Part shown: positions 9,774 to 18,141 of the stretch, in pieces | How positions within the stretch are numbered: the stretch's first letter is position 1 | How the letters are laid out: each line of letters starts with the position of its first letter | NCBI GenBank assembly: GCA_038061695.1 | Contig: JBBTYT010000001.1 | Coordinates: 1,339-65,338 of the forward strand | Direction: 5' to 3' | Origin: Patescibacteria group bacterium | GTDB taxonomy: Bacteria; Patescibacteriota; Minisyncoccia; GWC2-36-17; M10-OD1-4 | Length of the DNA: 64,000 bases | Program-made: the position numbers and the translations under genes | Notes under the pieces: model-generated | Seen by the model: the letters and a program-made list of their open reading frames with translations, nothing else | Told to the model about the DNA's origin: nothing | Database searches by the model: none

Positions 9774-10979
9774 ATGTTATTTAAATACGAAGCAAAAACA
9801 TATCAAGGTGAAACAAAGAATGGGACGATTGAAGCATCATCACAGAGTATTGCTGTTGACATACTACAAAAAAGCGATTTAATACTTCTTGATATTGTTG
9901 AGGCGTCAGATATTTCATTAGCTACAAAAAAGCTTAAGTTTTTTGAACATATTCCAAAGAAAGAAGTTTTTATGTTTTCTCGCCAGCTTTCTGTTTTATT
10001 TGAAGCTAAGGTTCCTGTTGTGGAATCTTTACGCACAATGATTGATCAAACAAGAAGCGTAGCATTTAAAGAGATTTTGGAAAAAGTAACAAAGAGCGTT
10101 AATGATGGAAATCCTTTATCAAAATCTTTTGCAGAACATAAAAAAGTTTTTTCTGATTTTTATATAAGCATTGTGAAGTCTGGTGAGCTTTCAGGAAATC
10201 TTGAAACCGTTTTCTCTTATTTAGCCGAGTCTCTTGAAAGAGATTATTATTTAACACAAAAAGTCAGAGGCGCAATGATTTATCCCGCATTTATTATATT
10301 TGCAATGATTGCCGTTACATTTGTGATGATGATTTGGGTTATTCCTAATCTTACTTCTGTTTTTACAGAATCAAATATGGAGTTGCCTTTTTTAACTCAA
10401 ATTATAGTTAATATATCAGATGTATTTCAAGAGTTTTGGTGGTTAATACTTTTTGTTTTGGTTGGTGGAGCGACTGGTTTTTGGCAGTGGGTATCAACTG
10501 AAAATGGTAAAATGATCTGGGGCTCAATCCAGCTTGAAATACCAGTTTTTGGCGAGATTTTAACAAAATTTTATCTTGCAAGATTCTCAGATTCTTTAAG
10601 CACATTAATAGTCGGTGGATTGCCAATTGTAAAATCACTAGAGACTTCTGCTGATGTCGTAGGTAATTATACATATAAAAAAATCTTAAGAGAGACTATT
10701 GATGTTGTAAAAAAAGGAGGAACTATAAGTTCAGTTTTTAGAAGATATAAAGAAGTTCCAATTATGGTTACTCAAATGATTTCAATAGGTGAGCAAGCAG
10801 GTAAGCTGGATGGCACATTGAAGACAATTTCTAAATTTTATAGCAAGGAAGTTGAGAGTGCTATGGATAATATGGTGACATTAATAGAGCCATTACTTAT
10901 TTTGGTGTTAGGAACAGGAGTAGGAATATTGATAGTCGCAATTTTAATGCCGATGTATAATCTTACCGCCGCTATATAG
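9774..10979 (+). CDS. pilC: Type IV pilus platform protein PilC (GspF family)
   Basis: 401 aa with duplicated GspF-like halves, three TM segments, C-terminal ILMPMYNL. Confidence 0.8.
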   Translation: MLFKYEAKTYQGETKNGTIEASSQSIAVDILQKSDLILLDIVEASDISLATKKLKFFEHIPKKEVFMFSRQLSVLFEAKVPVVESLRTMIDQTRSVAFKEILEKVTKSVNDGNPLSKSFAEHKKVFSDFYISIVKSGELSGNLETVFSYLAESLERDYYLTQKVRGAMIYPAFIIFAMIAVTFVMMIWVIPNLTSVFTESNMELPFLTQIIVNISDVFQEFWWLILFVLVGGATGFWQWVSTENGKMIWGSIQLEIPVFGEILTKFYLARFSDSLSTLIVGGLPIVKSLETSADVVGNYTYKKILRETIDVVKKGGTISSVFRRYKEVPIMVTQMISIGEQAGKLDGTLKTISKFYSKEVESAMDNMVTLIEPLLILVLGTGVGILIVAILMPMYNLTAAI

Positions 10980-11020
10980 TTTTTAGGTTATAGTTGCTAG
11001 GTTTTAGTTGTTAAAAATTT

Positions 11021-11389
11021 ATGGTTAAAATTAACTCTTATAAAGATTTAATCGTATGGCAAAGGTCTATGCAATTAGTTGAAAATATTTATAAAATAAC
11101 TGAGAAATTTCCCAAAGAAGAAATTTATGGTCTGACTGCGCAAATGAGAAGATCTGCCGTATCAATTCCTTCAAACATAGCAGAAGGAAGTTGTAGGGGA
11201 ACAAGAAAGGATTACGCGCAATTTTTAAGAATGGCATATGGATCTGGCGCTGAGCTTGAAACACAAATAGAGATAGCAAAAAGATTACTAGGAAAACAAA
11301 AAATTGATTATTCTGACGTTGATAAATTTTTAGATGAAGTAATGAAGATGCTTAATTCTTTAATAAAAAGACTAACCACCAACATCTAA
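11021..11389 (+). CDS. Four-helix-bundle protein (TIGR02436 / 23S rRNA intervening-sequence protein family)
   Basis: YKDLIVWQRSMQLVENIYKIT...EEIYGLTAQMRRSAVSIPSNIAEGSCRG...AYGSGAELETQIEIA is a near-textbook match to the family consensus. The gene is flanked by inverted repeats 10981-11012 and 11388-11424. Confidence 0.85.
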   Translation: MVKINSYKDLIVWQRSMQLVENIYKITEKFPKEEIYGLTAQMRRSAVSIPSNIAEGSCRGTRKDYAQFLRMAYGSGAELETQIEIAKRLLGKQKIDYSDVDKFLDEVMKMLNSLIKRLTTNI

Positions 11390-11542
11390 CAACTAAAACC
11401 TAGAACCTAAAATCTAGCACCTAGTGAAAGAGTTATTCACAGCTGTATTCAATTTAAAGTTGTTAAAATAAATATTTACTTGTATAATATATGAATATGA
11501 TAAATAAATAATTTATTCAAGGTCGAAAGTTAATCAAATCTT

Positions 11543-12052
11543 ATGAGCCACTTAAGCTTAGGGCTTATGAGAATATTAAAGAAAATTATGAAAAGAAATC
11601 AAAAAGGTTTTACGCTTATCGAACTTTTAGTCGTTATCGCTATTATCGGTATATTGTCTTCTATCGTTTTAGTCTCTTTGAATACTGCCAGAGTAAAAGC
11701 TAGAGATGCTAAGAGAACAGCGGATATGCAAGCAATTTCTACAGCTCAGGTTTTATTTGCTGATTCTCAGACAGCATTTAGATATGTAGCAGTTTCAGCT
11801 GCCGCTTGTACTGGCTGGGATGGTGTTAATTGTCCTCTTGTTACAGACGGAGTTCCAGCATTTTCTACTCTTATGCCAGTATTACCTGTTAATCCTTCAG
11901 CAACAGGACTTTATCATTATAAGAATGTTGGTTCTGATTCTACATATTGTGTAGCGGCTGATTTAGAGTCACCTGCTGGAGATGCATTTGTTTGTACTTC
12001 TGTGCGTTGCGCTAAGTTAACTGTTGTATCTACTGCTTGTGTAGAACAGTAA
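11543..12052 (+). CDS. Type IV major pilin (class III signal peptide; prepilin)
   Basis: Leader ...KRNQKG then FTLIELLVVIAIIGILSSIV (G-1, F+1, E+5). Followed by a strong rho-independent terminator. Confidence 0.85.
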   Translation: MSHLSLGLMRILKKIMKRNQKGFTLIELLVVIAIIGILSSIVLVSLNTARVKARDAKRTADMQAISTAQVLFADSQTAFRYVAVSAAACTGWDGVNCPLVTDGVPAFSTLMPVLPVNPSATGLYHYKNVGSDSTYCVAADLESPAGDAFVCTSVRCAKLTVVSTACVEQ

Positions 12053-12080
12053 TTTAGATTCTATTTAATTTAAAATAAAA

Positions 12081-12118
12081 ATTAGCGCACAATATTGTGT
12101 GCTAATTTTTATTTTTTT
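12081..12118 (+). terminator. Rho-independent terminator after the major pilin gene
   Basis: Perfect hairpin TTAGCGCACAA-TAT-TGTGTGCTAA followed by a T-run. Confidence 0.7.
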
Positions 12119-12168
12119 GGAAGTATGATATAATAAATATATCTTTTAATAAATTTTAATCTTAATTT

Positions 12169-12846
12169 ATGAAATATAATATTTTAAAGATGACATTTTT
12201 AATAACTTCTTTTGCTATGCTTTCATTTGTCGGCGCTATCTTAATTAAAAATTCCTACGCTCAGTGGGTTGGCCCCACTGGCGCGCCTCCATCAAATAAT
12301 ACATTGCCCTCTTTAAATACAGGAATTACAGATCAGATAAAAACAGGCGGTTTAACAGTTGGAAGATTAAACACATCAGGGAATATAACTGCAGGCGGAA
12401 TTATTTGTGATTCTTCGGGGTGTATAAATTCTTCTGCTTTAGAAGCAGATCCAACAGTTCTCGCATCTGTTAAAGATGGAGTATCTTGGGCTGAGCTTGC
12501 AACTGTTCCAGCAGGTTTCTTAGATGGTATTGATAATGTTGGAGCAGTTGTCGCAGAAACAGATCCAACAGTTCTCGCATCTGTTAAAGATGGAGTATCT
12601 TGGGCTGAGCTTGCAACTGTTCCAGCAGGTTTCTTAGATGGTATTGATAATGTTGGAGCAGTTACTCTCAATAGTGTTGGAACTAATGAAGTTATTGATG
12701 GCTCTCTAATGATGTCAGATATGAATGCCACGGTTATTCAGGCTAGAATTTCGGGTACTTGTTTATCAGGTATTTCCGTTGTGAATTCAAATGGAACCGT
12801 TGGTTGTGTAGTGGCTGGTTCATCGGAAGCTGTTTACGCTCCATAA
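12169..12846 (+). CDS. Secreted hypothetical protein containing a perfect 38-aa tandem duplication
   Basis: Signal peptide MTFLITSFAMLSFVGAILI. DPTVLASVKDGVSWAELATVPAGFLDGIDNVGAV occurs twice (nt 12448-12549 and 12562-12663, identical). Minus-strand ORF 12333-12731 is its antisense shadow. Confidence 0.6.
   Translation: MKYNILKMTFLITSFAMLSFVGAILIKNSYAQWVGPTGAPPSNNTLPSLNTGITDQIKTGGLTVGRLNTSGNITAGGIICDSSGCINSSALEADPTVLASVKDGVSWAELATVPAGFLDGIDNVGAVVAETDPTVLASVKDGVSWAELATVPAGFLDGIDNVGAVTLNSVGTNEVIDGSLMMSDMNATVIQARISGTCLSGISVVNSNGTVGCVVAGSSEAVYAP
12448..12663 (+). repeat. Two identical 102-bp copies in direct tandem with a 114-bp period (12-bp spacer)
   Basis: The 102-bp unit GATCCAACAGTTCTCGCATCTG...GTTGGAGCAGTT is repeated with 100 percent identity. 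Confidence 0.85.
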
Positions 12847-12863
12847 TTTTGAATTAGAAGATT

Positions 12864-13553
12864 ATGAAAAAAACAATAATAATAACAATAATATTTATAC
12901 TTATTACTATAGTTGTTTTTTCTATTTTGTACTTTTCTTTTTCTTTAAAAAAAGGTGAAGATCTAAGTAATGTTACTACATTAAATGAGAGAGAAATTCA
13001 AAAAAATACTCTTGAGATTATAAAAACAAAAGACTTTTCTCTATGCGAAAATATAAGTGATATTACATATAAATCTGTTTGTATAAATAATATTGCGATG
13101 ATGTTAGCAAAAGAGAGCGGCGATATCTCTTATTGTCAAAAAATGGATGGTAAATTAATAACAACTCAAGAGTGTGAAATACAAACTCTCTCTGTAAAAC
13201 TTTCTGAGAGCGGTGATGCAACCTTATGCGATAAATTCACTAATCAAGTATCTAAAGATGATTGTAAAAATGGTTTTTATTTAAGTGTTTCACAAGAGAA
13301 AGGCGATATTTCTTTATGCAAAAATATAAAAAATAAAACAGATTCAGATTTATGTATTAATTCTTACAATACAAGGAAAGTTTTCTTAAATGATCCGGCT
13401 AACTTTGATTGTTCTTTGATGATTGGTGATGATGCAATATCCGATTGCAAGAAAGTAAAAGATATTATAAGTGATTTTGGTAATAATGTCATTTTGTCGC
13501 CGGATAAATGTTTGCAACTCAAAACATCTTTATTTTCAACTTATTGTATATGA
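12864..13553 (+). CDS. Secreted Cys-rich repeat protein, hypothetical
   Basis: N-terminal TM IIITIIFILITIVVFSILYF; four to five repeats of C-x(10-14)-SGD(I/A)S(Y/L)C. Confidence 0.5.
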   Translation: MKKTIIITIIFILITIVVFSILYFSFSLKKGEDLSNVTTLNEREIQKNTLEIIKTKDFSLCENISDITYKSVCINNIAMMLAKESGDISYCQKMDGKLITTQECEIQTLSVKLSESGDATLCDKFTNQVSKDDCKNGFYLSVSQEKGDISLCKNIKNKTDSDLCINSYNTRKVFLNDPANFDCSLMIGDDAISDCKKVKDIISDFGNNVILSPDKCLQLKTSLFSTYCI

Positions 13554-15070
13554 GATATATTTTTTTATTAATTTTTGCTTTTATATTATCTTCTTTCGGA
13601 ATCAAAGATGTTTTTGCGGCGGAAGGTGATCTTTTGTGGTCAAAAAGCATAGATCAGACATCTAGCCAAGATTCGGCAACAGCTATTGCCGTTGATGCAT
13701 CCGGTATTTATGTTGCCGGGCGTATCCAGAATGTTACTGGCTATGATGCTAAGATAGATAAGTTGTCGCTAGACGGGACAACTGTCATAGCAAGCAGAAT
13801 ACTGAATATAGCAAATCCTTATAGAGCGGAGATCACAGATATAGCTTTAGATGCCACTGGTATATATATATCAGGATATAAGTATGCTTGTTGTCTAGCA
13901 TGGGACCTTGAATGGTTTGTAAAGAAAATATCTTTAGATTTAACAACAGAGATCTGGTCTGATAATCAAAATTATACTGTTGGCGGTAGTACTGAAGATA
14001 CGGCAAATAGCATTGCTGTTGACGCTACTGGTCTTTATGTTGGCGGTTCTATTTTACATGGAGGCGCTGGAAGCAAGTGGCGGTTAGAAAAAAGAAGCTT
14101 AACTACCGGTATTGTCTCGGATTTTGCGATAATAGATGTTGGACCAACCGGTATGTATAATAATCTTAAAAGTATTGATATTGATGCAACAAGTATTTAT
14201 TTAGCTGGTTCTTTTTCTGATTCTTCAAGTAATAAGAATTGGAGGATAGAGAAAAGGGCGATTTCTAACTTAAATACTATTATCTGGGCAAGGAATGTTG
14301 GAACGGGTGCAAATAATATACCTTATAGCATTGCTGTTGATGCTACTGGTGTTTATGTTGGCGGTACTTTTACAACTTGGAATATAAAAAAGCTTTCTAT
14401 TGTTGATGGTACTGTTATTTGGAGTAGAAGTGATTCCACTGTAGTGAACGGCTATCCTGCTAGTATTGATCTTGGAGCACCAGGTAATATCTACTCTATT
14501 GGATATGATATAAAAGTAGGTTCTGATTCTTGGTGGCATTTTGATAAGAGAGATACAAATGGAAATCTTTTGTGGTCGCAAGAAGAAAATCCATCTCTTA
14601 ACTTTGATATTCCATTTGGGGTAGTTATTGATTCTGCAAGCAATGGCATTTATGTAGTTGGCTATGACGCTATTTTAGGAAATGCTAATATTGAGTGGCG
14701 AATAGAGAAGAGAACGCTTTCTCTTATTTGTACTGGTCAAAAAGTATTTGTCTGGACGGATCCTGCTTTAACTGCTGGTCTTACAAAAATAAGAAAGGTT
14801 CATATAGATGAGCTTCGTTCAAATATTAATATTATGCGTTTGGATGCCGGTTTAATAACTTTCTTGTGGACAGATCCTATTATTGCATCAGGAGCTACGA
14901 AGATTAGAGCAACACATATTCAAGAGTTGAGGACAGCTATATTAGATGTTTATACAGCTTGTGGTTCTATAGCGCCGGTCTTTTCTGACGCAACCTTAGT
15001 AGCTGGAACAACAAAAATAAGAAAAGTTCATATAGACGAACTTAGAAGTGCTGTAAATCTTGTTCCGTAA
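13550..15070 (+). CDS. Secreted beta-propeller (SBBP-type repeat) protein with three C-terminal roughly 30-aa repeats
   Basis: Signal peptide. Six or more repeats of (S/A)IAVDATG(I/L/V)YV(A/G)G, the SBBP beta-propeller signature. C-terminal triple repeat WTDPxLxAGxTKIRxxHIxELR. Start chosen at the ATG overlapping the upstream stop (ATGA). Confidence 0.55.
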   Translation: MRYIFLLIFAFILSSFGIKDVFAAEGDLLWSKSIDQTSSQDSATAIAVDASGIYVAGRIQNVTGYDAKIDKLSLDGTTVIASRILNIANPYRAEITDIALDATGIYISGYKYACCLAWDLEWFVKKISLDLTTEIWSDNQNYTVGGSTEDTANSIAVDATGLYVGGSILHGGAGSKWRLEKRSLTTGIVSDFAIIDVGPTGMYNNLKSIDIDATSIYLAGSFSDSSSNKNWRIEKRAISNLNTIIWARNVGTGANNIPYSIAVDATGVYVGGTFTTWNIKKLSIVDGTVIWSRSDSTVVNGYPASIDLGAPGNIYSIGYDIKVGSDSWWHFDKRDTNGNLLWSQEENPSLNFDIPFGVVIDSASNGIYVVGYDAILGNANIEWRIEKRTLSLICTGQKVFVWTDPALTAGLTKIRKVHIDELRSNINIMRLDAGLITFLWTDPIIASGATKIRATHIQELRTAILDVYTACGSIAPVFSDATLVAGTTKIRKVHIDELRSAVNLVP

Positions 15071-15073
15071 TAT

Positions 15074-15847
15074 ATGATATTATTTTTTATATTTTTATTC
15101 GGTCTTATAATCGGTTCTTTTTTGAACGCCGTCATATATCGCCTTGAGGTTGGCGGTTCTTTGGTTACAGAGAGATCTCGCTGTCCGCTTTGTGGAGGTA
15201 CATTAAGCTGGTATGAGCTTATACCTCTTCTATCTTTTTTATTTCAAAAAGGACGCTGTCTTTCTTGCGGTGAGAAGATATCTTGGCAATATCCCATAGT
15301 AGAGCTTTTAACAGGATTTTTATTTCTTTTGACAGCTTTTTTAAAAGAGGGTTCTCTTTTAGATATGACACCAGTAGATATTATATATATTTTTATCGTC
15401 ATGACCTTTTTGGTCTTGATATTTATTTTTGACGGAAAACATTATATAATACCTAATGTAGCTATTTATCCGCTCATTGCTATGTCATTCTTTTACAATA
15501 TATATTCTTTAGGTATTACAGGGCTTTATTACTTTTTAGGAGCATTTATAGCATCGGGGTTTTTTCTTCTGCTTTATCTTATCTCTTCAGGCAAGTGGAT
15601 AGGTATGGGGGATGTAAAGTATGGTGCATTTATGGGTTTTTTCTTACCATGGACGAATGTTCTAGTTGCTCTTTTTATCGCTTATGTTATCGGTGCTATT
15701 TTTGGACTAGCTCTATTGTATTTAAGAAAGAAAGGCTTAAAAAGTGAGATTCCATTCGGTCCATTTTTAATTATAGGGACATTGATAGCATATTTTTTTG
15801 GAACTGATATATTAAGCTGGTATCTAGGCGGAGTTTTTTCTTTTTAG
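15074..15847 (+). CDS. pilD: Prepilin peptidase PilD (A24 family)
   Basis: CPLCGGTLSWYELIPLLSF...GRCLSCGEKISWQYP zinc tetracysteine; polytopic membrane protein; GMGDVKYG catalytic-Asp region. Confidence 0.8.
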   Translation: MILFFIFLFGLIIGSFLNAVIYRLEVGGSLVTERSRCPLCGGTLSWYELIPLLSFLFQKGRCLSCGEKISWQYPIVELLTGFLFLLTAFLKEGSLLDMTPVDIIYIFIVMTFLVLIFIFDGKHYIIPNVAIYPLIAMSFFYNIYSLGITGLYYFLGAFIASGFFLLLYLISSGKWIGMGDVKYGAFMGFFLPWTNVLVALFIAYVIGAIFGLALLYLRKKGLKSEIPFGPFLIIGTLIAYFFGTDILSWYLGGVFSF

Positions 15848-15943
15848 TTGTTAGCTTTTAGAATTAAAATAAAAGAAAAGATAAAAGTGTAAAATGCAAA
15901 GCGAAAAGTTCAAAATAACGACGCAAAATAGAAATAATAAAAT

Positions 15944-16540
15944 ATGCAAAATCTAAAATCTAAAACCTATAACCTAAAACCTAGCGAGGGCTTTACATTG
16001 ATAGAAATTATAATTGCCTCAGCGGTAATAGCTATAGTTTCTATTATAACTGTAGTTAAGGTAGGTACTGGAAATCAGGAACAGGCACTTTTAAGATCTG
16101 CTCAAAAGCTCGCGTTAGATCTAAGGAGGGCTCAAAATTTAGCACTTTCTCCATTAACTACTGATAATTGTGTTTATGGTGTTACAGGAAAAACGACCAG
16201 TTCTGATAGCTATATTCTTTATGTGGCAACTAGCACATGCGACTCTTTTAGTGATAGGAGCTTCCCAAACACCGGCTCTTATAGCGTCTGTAATGTTGAT
16301 GATGGTTGTCTTGGTAGGTATGAATTTGAGGACGGTGTTGTATTACAGACGGGTAATAATTTTGATATTTCATTTCTTCCTCCAGAACCAATATCTCTTT
16401 CTAATGGCAGAACTGCTGGTCCGCCTGGTTCTGCTTTCAATCCTGGAGGAATAGAAACAATCACCATTAGGTTAGCTAATAATATTGCAAGAGAAAAAAA
16501 AGTAGTAGTAAATAAATTTGGAAATATTGAAATACAATAA
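15944..16540 (+). CDS. Minor pilin / pseudopilin (type IV prepilin-like)
   Basis: Leader MQNLKSKTYNLKPSEG then FTLIEIIIASAVIAIVS. The internal ORF 16170-16454 is an artifact. Confidence 0.7.
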   Translation: MQNLKSKTYNLKPSEGFTLIEIIIASAVIAIVSIITVVKVGTGNQEQALLRSAQKLALDLRRAQNLALSPLTTDNCVYGVTGKTTSSDSYILYVATSTCDSFSDRSFPNTGSYSVCNVDDGCLGRYEFEDGVVLQTGNNFDISFLPPEPISLSNGRTAGPPGSAFNPGGIETITIRLANNIAREKKVVVNKFGNIEIQ

Positions 16541-16578
16541 ACGAGGTTTTAGGTTATAGCTTTTAGCTTATAGAATTT

Positions 16579-17145
16579 ATGAAAAAAATTATATTAAAAT
16601 TTAATAAAACTCTAAAACCTAAAACCTATAACCTAAAATCTAATAGGGGTTTTACTATAGTTGAATCCTTGGTTGCTATAACTATTTTGACTGTTGGCGT
16701 GTCAGCCTCAATAGGAGCTATAATGAGCTCTATTCAACTAGTCTCTAAGACAGAAAATAGAACAATAGCTGTTGGTTTGGCGCAAGAGGGTGTTGAGATT
16801 GTAAGAAATATGAGAGATTTAAATTGGATAGATGGCAATACGCCATGGGATTTGGGGTTAACTGATGATATATTAATCAGTGGTGGTTTCAAAACAGGAT
16901 GCGTTGAGTTTGATAGCGTCTCGTTTGATGTTAATTGTGTTGTCGGCACTTCTTATACTATGAAGCTTATTGATAATGCTGGTAATTTATATTACGGACA
17001 TGATCAATTGAGTCCGGCTACTATATTTTCAAGAACGATTACCTTAACAAGGATCAGCGCTGATGAGATTGTAGTGCGATCTTTGGTTGCTTGTGGAGTG
17101 AATTGCAATATTTCTGTAGAGGAACATTTATTTAATTGGCAGTAG
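16579..17145 (+). CDS. Minor pilin / pseudopilin
   Basis: Leader ...LKPKTYNLKSNRG then FTIVESLVAITILTVGVSA. Confidence 0.7.
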   Translation: MKKIILKFNKTLKPKTYNLKSNRGFTIVESLVAITILTVGVSASIGAIMSSIQLVSKTENRTIAVGLAQEGVEIVRNMRDLNWIDGNTPWDLGLTDDILISGGFKTGCVEFDSVSFDVNCVVGTSYTMKLIDNAGNLYYGHDQLSPATIFSRTITLTRISADEIVVRSLVACGVNCNISVEEHLFNWQ

Positions 17146-17170
17146 ATATTCTTTTAACTCGTAGAATAAT

Positions 17171-17713
17171 ATGATAAAAAATAGAAAATTTATAAAAGAA
17201 AAAAATGGATATACATTAATTGAATTAATGCTTGCTATATCTATTTTTTCTATCGCCGTATCAATATGCGTTAATATGTTTATTAACGCTATAAAGCTTC
17301 AAAGAAGCGCTATAGCAGTTCAAAATGTTTCCGATAATGGAAGATATATTATGGAAATAATAGCGAGGGAGATAAGAACAGGAAAAGTTAATAGTTTTAT
17401 TCTTAATGGCACTGATGATCTTTCCTTTCAGAGTAATTCTCCAAATAGAGCTGGAAATACATTAAAATTTTACTTATCCTTATCCGGAGATCAATTAATG
17501 TTTGATGATAATACCGCTGATGCCTTAGAAGCTTTATCTGTAACAGCAACTAATAATGTCGTAGTAACTTTTTTAAGATTTGAAATTCAAAATTCCACAA
17601 AACAACCAAGAATAACAATTTTTTTAAATGTTCAATCTAAAAATCCGCCAGTTGACTCTCAAGATGAAATTTATTTACAGACAACTATTTCGCCAAGAGA
17701 GCTAAGACAATAA
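17171..17713 (+). CDS. Minor pilin / pseudopilin
   Basis: Leader MIKNRKFIKEKNG then YTLIELMLAISIFSIAVS. Confidence 0.7.
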   Translation: MIKNRKFIKEKNGYTLIELMLAISIFSIAVSICVNMFINAIKLQRSAIAVQNVSDNGRYIMEIIAREIRTGKVNSFILNGTDDLSFQSNSPNRAGNTLKFYLSLSGDQLMFDDNTADALEALSVTATNNVVVTFLRFEIQNSTKQPRITIFLNVQSKNPPVDSQDEIYLQTTISPRELRQ

Positions 17714-17718
17714 TAAAT

Positions 17719-18141
17719 ATGAAAAAAATATTTAAAAAAAATGAAAATGGTATAGCTATTTATCTTTCAATCTTAATATTGGCTTCCGTCGTTTCTGTGG
17801 CTTTATCAGTCTCAAGTTTATTGATAGGTGAATTTAAAATATCAGGGGATTTACAGGAATCTTCGGCATCCATTTATGTGGCAGATTCTGGACTTGAGGC
17901 GGCGCTTTATAGTGTTAGACTTGAAACGCTTCTGGCAGGAATATATCCTTGTTCAGATCCTCAATTATTAGGAGCCGCAACAACTATGAATTGTTCTGTT
18001 ACGGTTGATACAGCTTATATAGATATTAATAATTCGCTCTGCAATAATGTACCTTATGATTGTACAAGTATTGTATCTACAGGGCAGAATAATGACGGTA
18101 CATATTTTAGGAAGCTTCAGGCAATATATCAAAATAGATGA
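17719..18141 (+). CDS. PilX-like minor pilin
   Basis: N-terminal hydrophobic IAIYLSILILASVVSVALSV then SIYVADSGLEAALYSV, which resembles the PilX_N AAEAGLE motif. Stop overlaps the ligA start (ATGA). Confidence 0.5.
   Translation: MKKIFKKNENGIAIYLSILILASVVSVALSVSSLLIGEFKISGDLQESSASIYVADSGLEAALYSVRLETLLAGIYPCSDPQLLGAATTMNCSVTVDTAYIDINNSLCNNVPYDCTSIVSTGQNNDGTYFRKLQAIYQNR

Noticed and set aside
9312-10674. Small minus-strand ORFs inside pilT and pilC (9312-9524, 9803-10036, 10408-10674), and 11067-11279 inside the 4HB gene
   Set aside because: All lie antisense within genes carrying strong family motifs; none has a start context.
12333-12731. 132-aa minus-strand ORF with its own internal repeat
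   Set aside because: It is the antisense image of the 102-bp tandem duplication in the plus-strand secreted protein gene, which has a signal peptide and continuous frame. The repeat creates the illusion of a protein.
16170-16467. ORFs 16170-16454 (+) and 16279-16467 (-) inside pseudopilin 1
   Set aside because: Off-frame or antisense within a gene that has a canonical prepilin cleavage motif and hydrophobic helix.
4923-16650. Considered whether the recurring CTAAAACCTAAAACC units were a degenerate CRISPR array or tandem satellite
   Set aside because: Copies are irregularly spaced (tens of bp to kb), occur in both orientations, sit at gene boundaries and two are translated as pilin leaders. 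There are no unique spacers of constant length and no cas genes.
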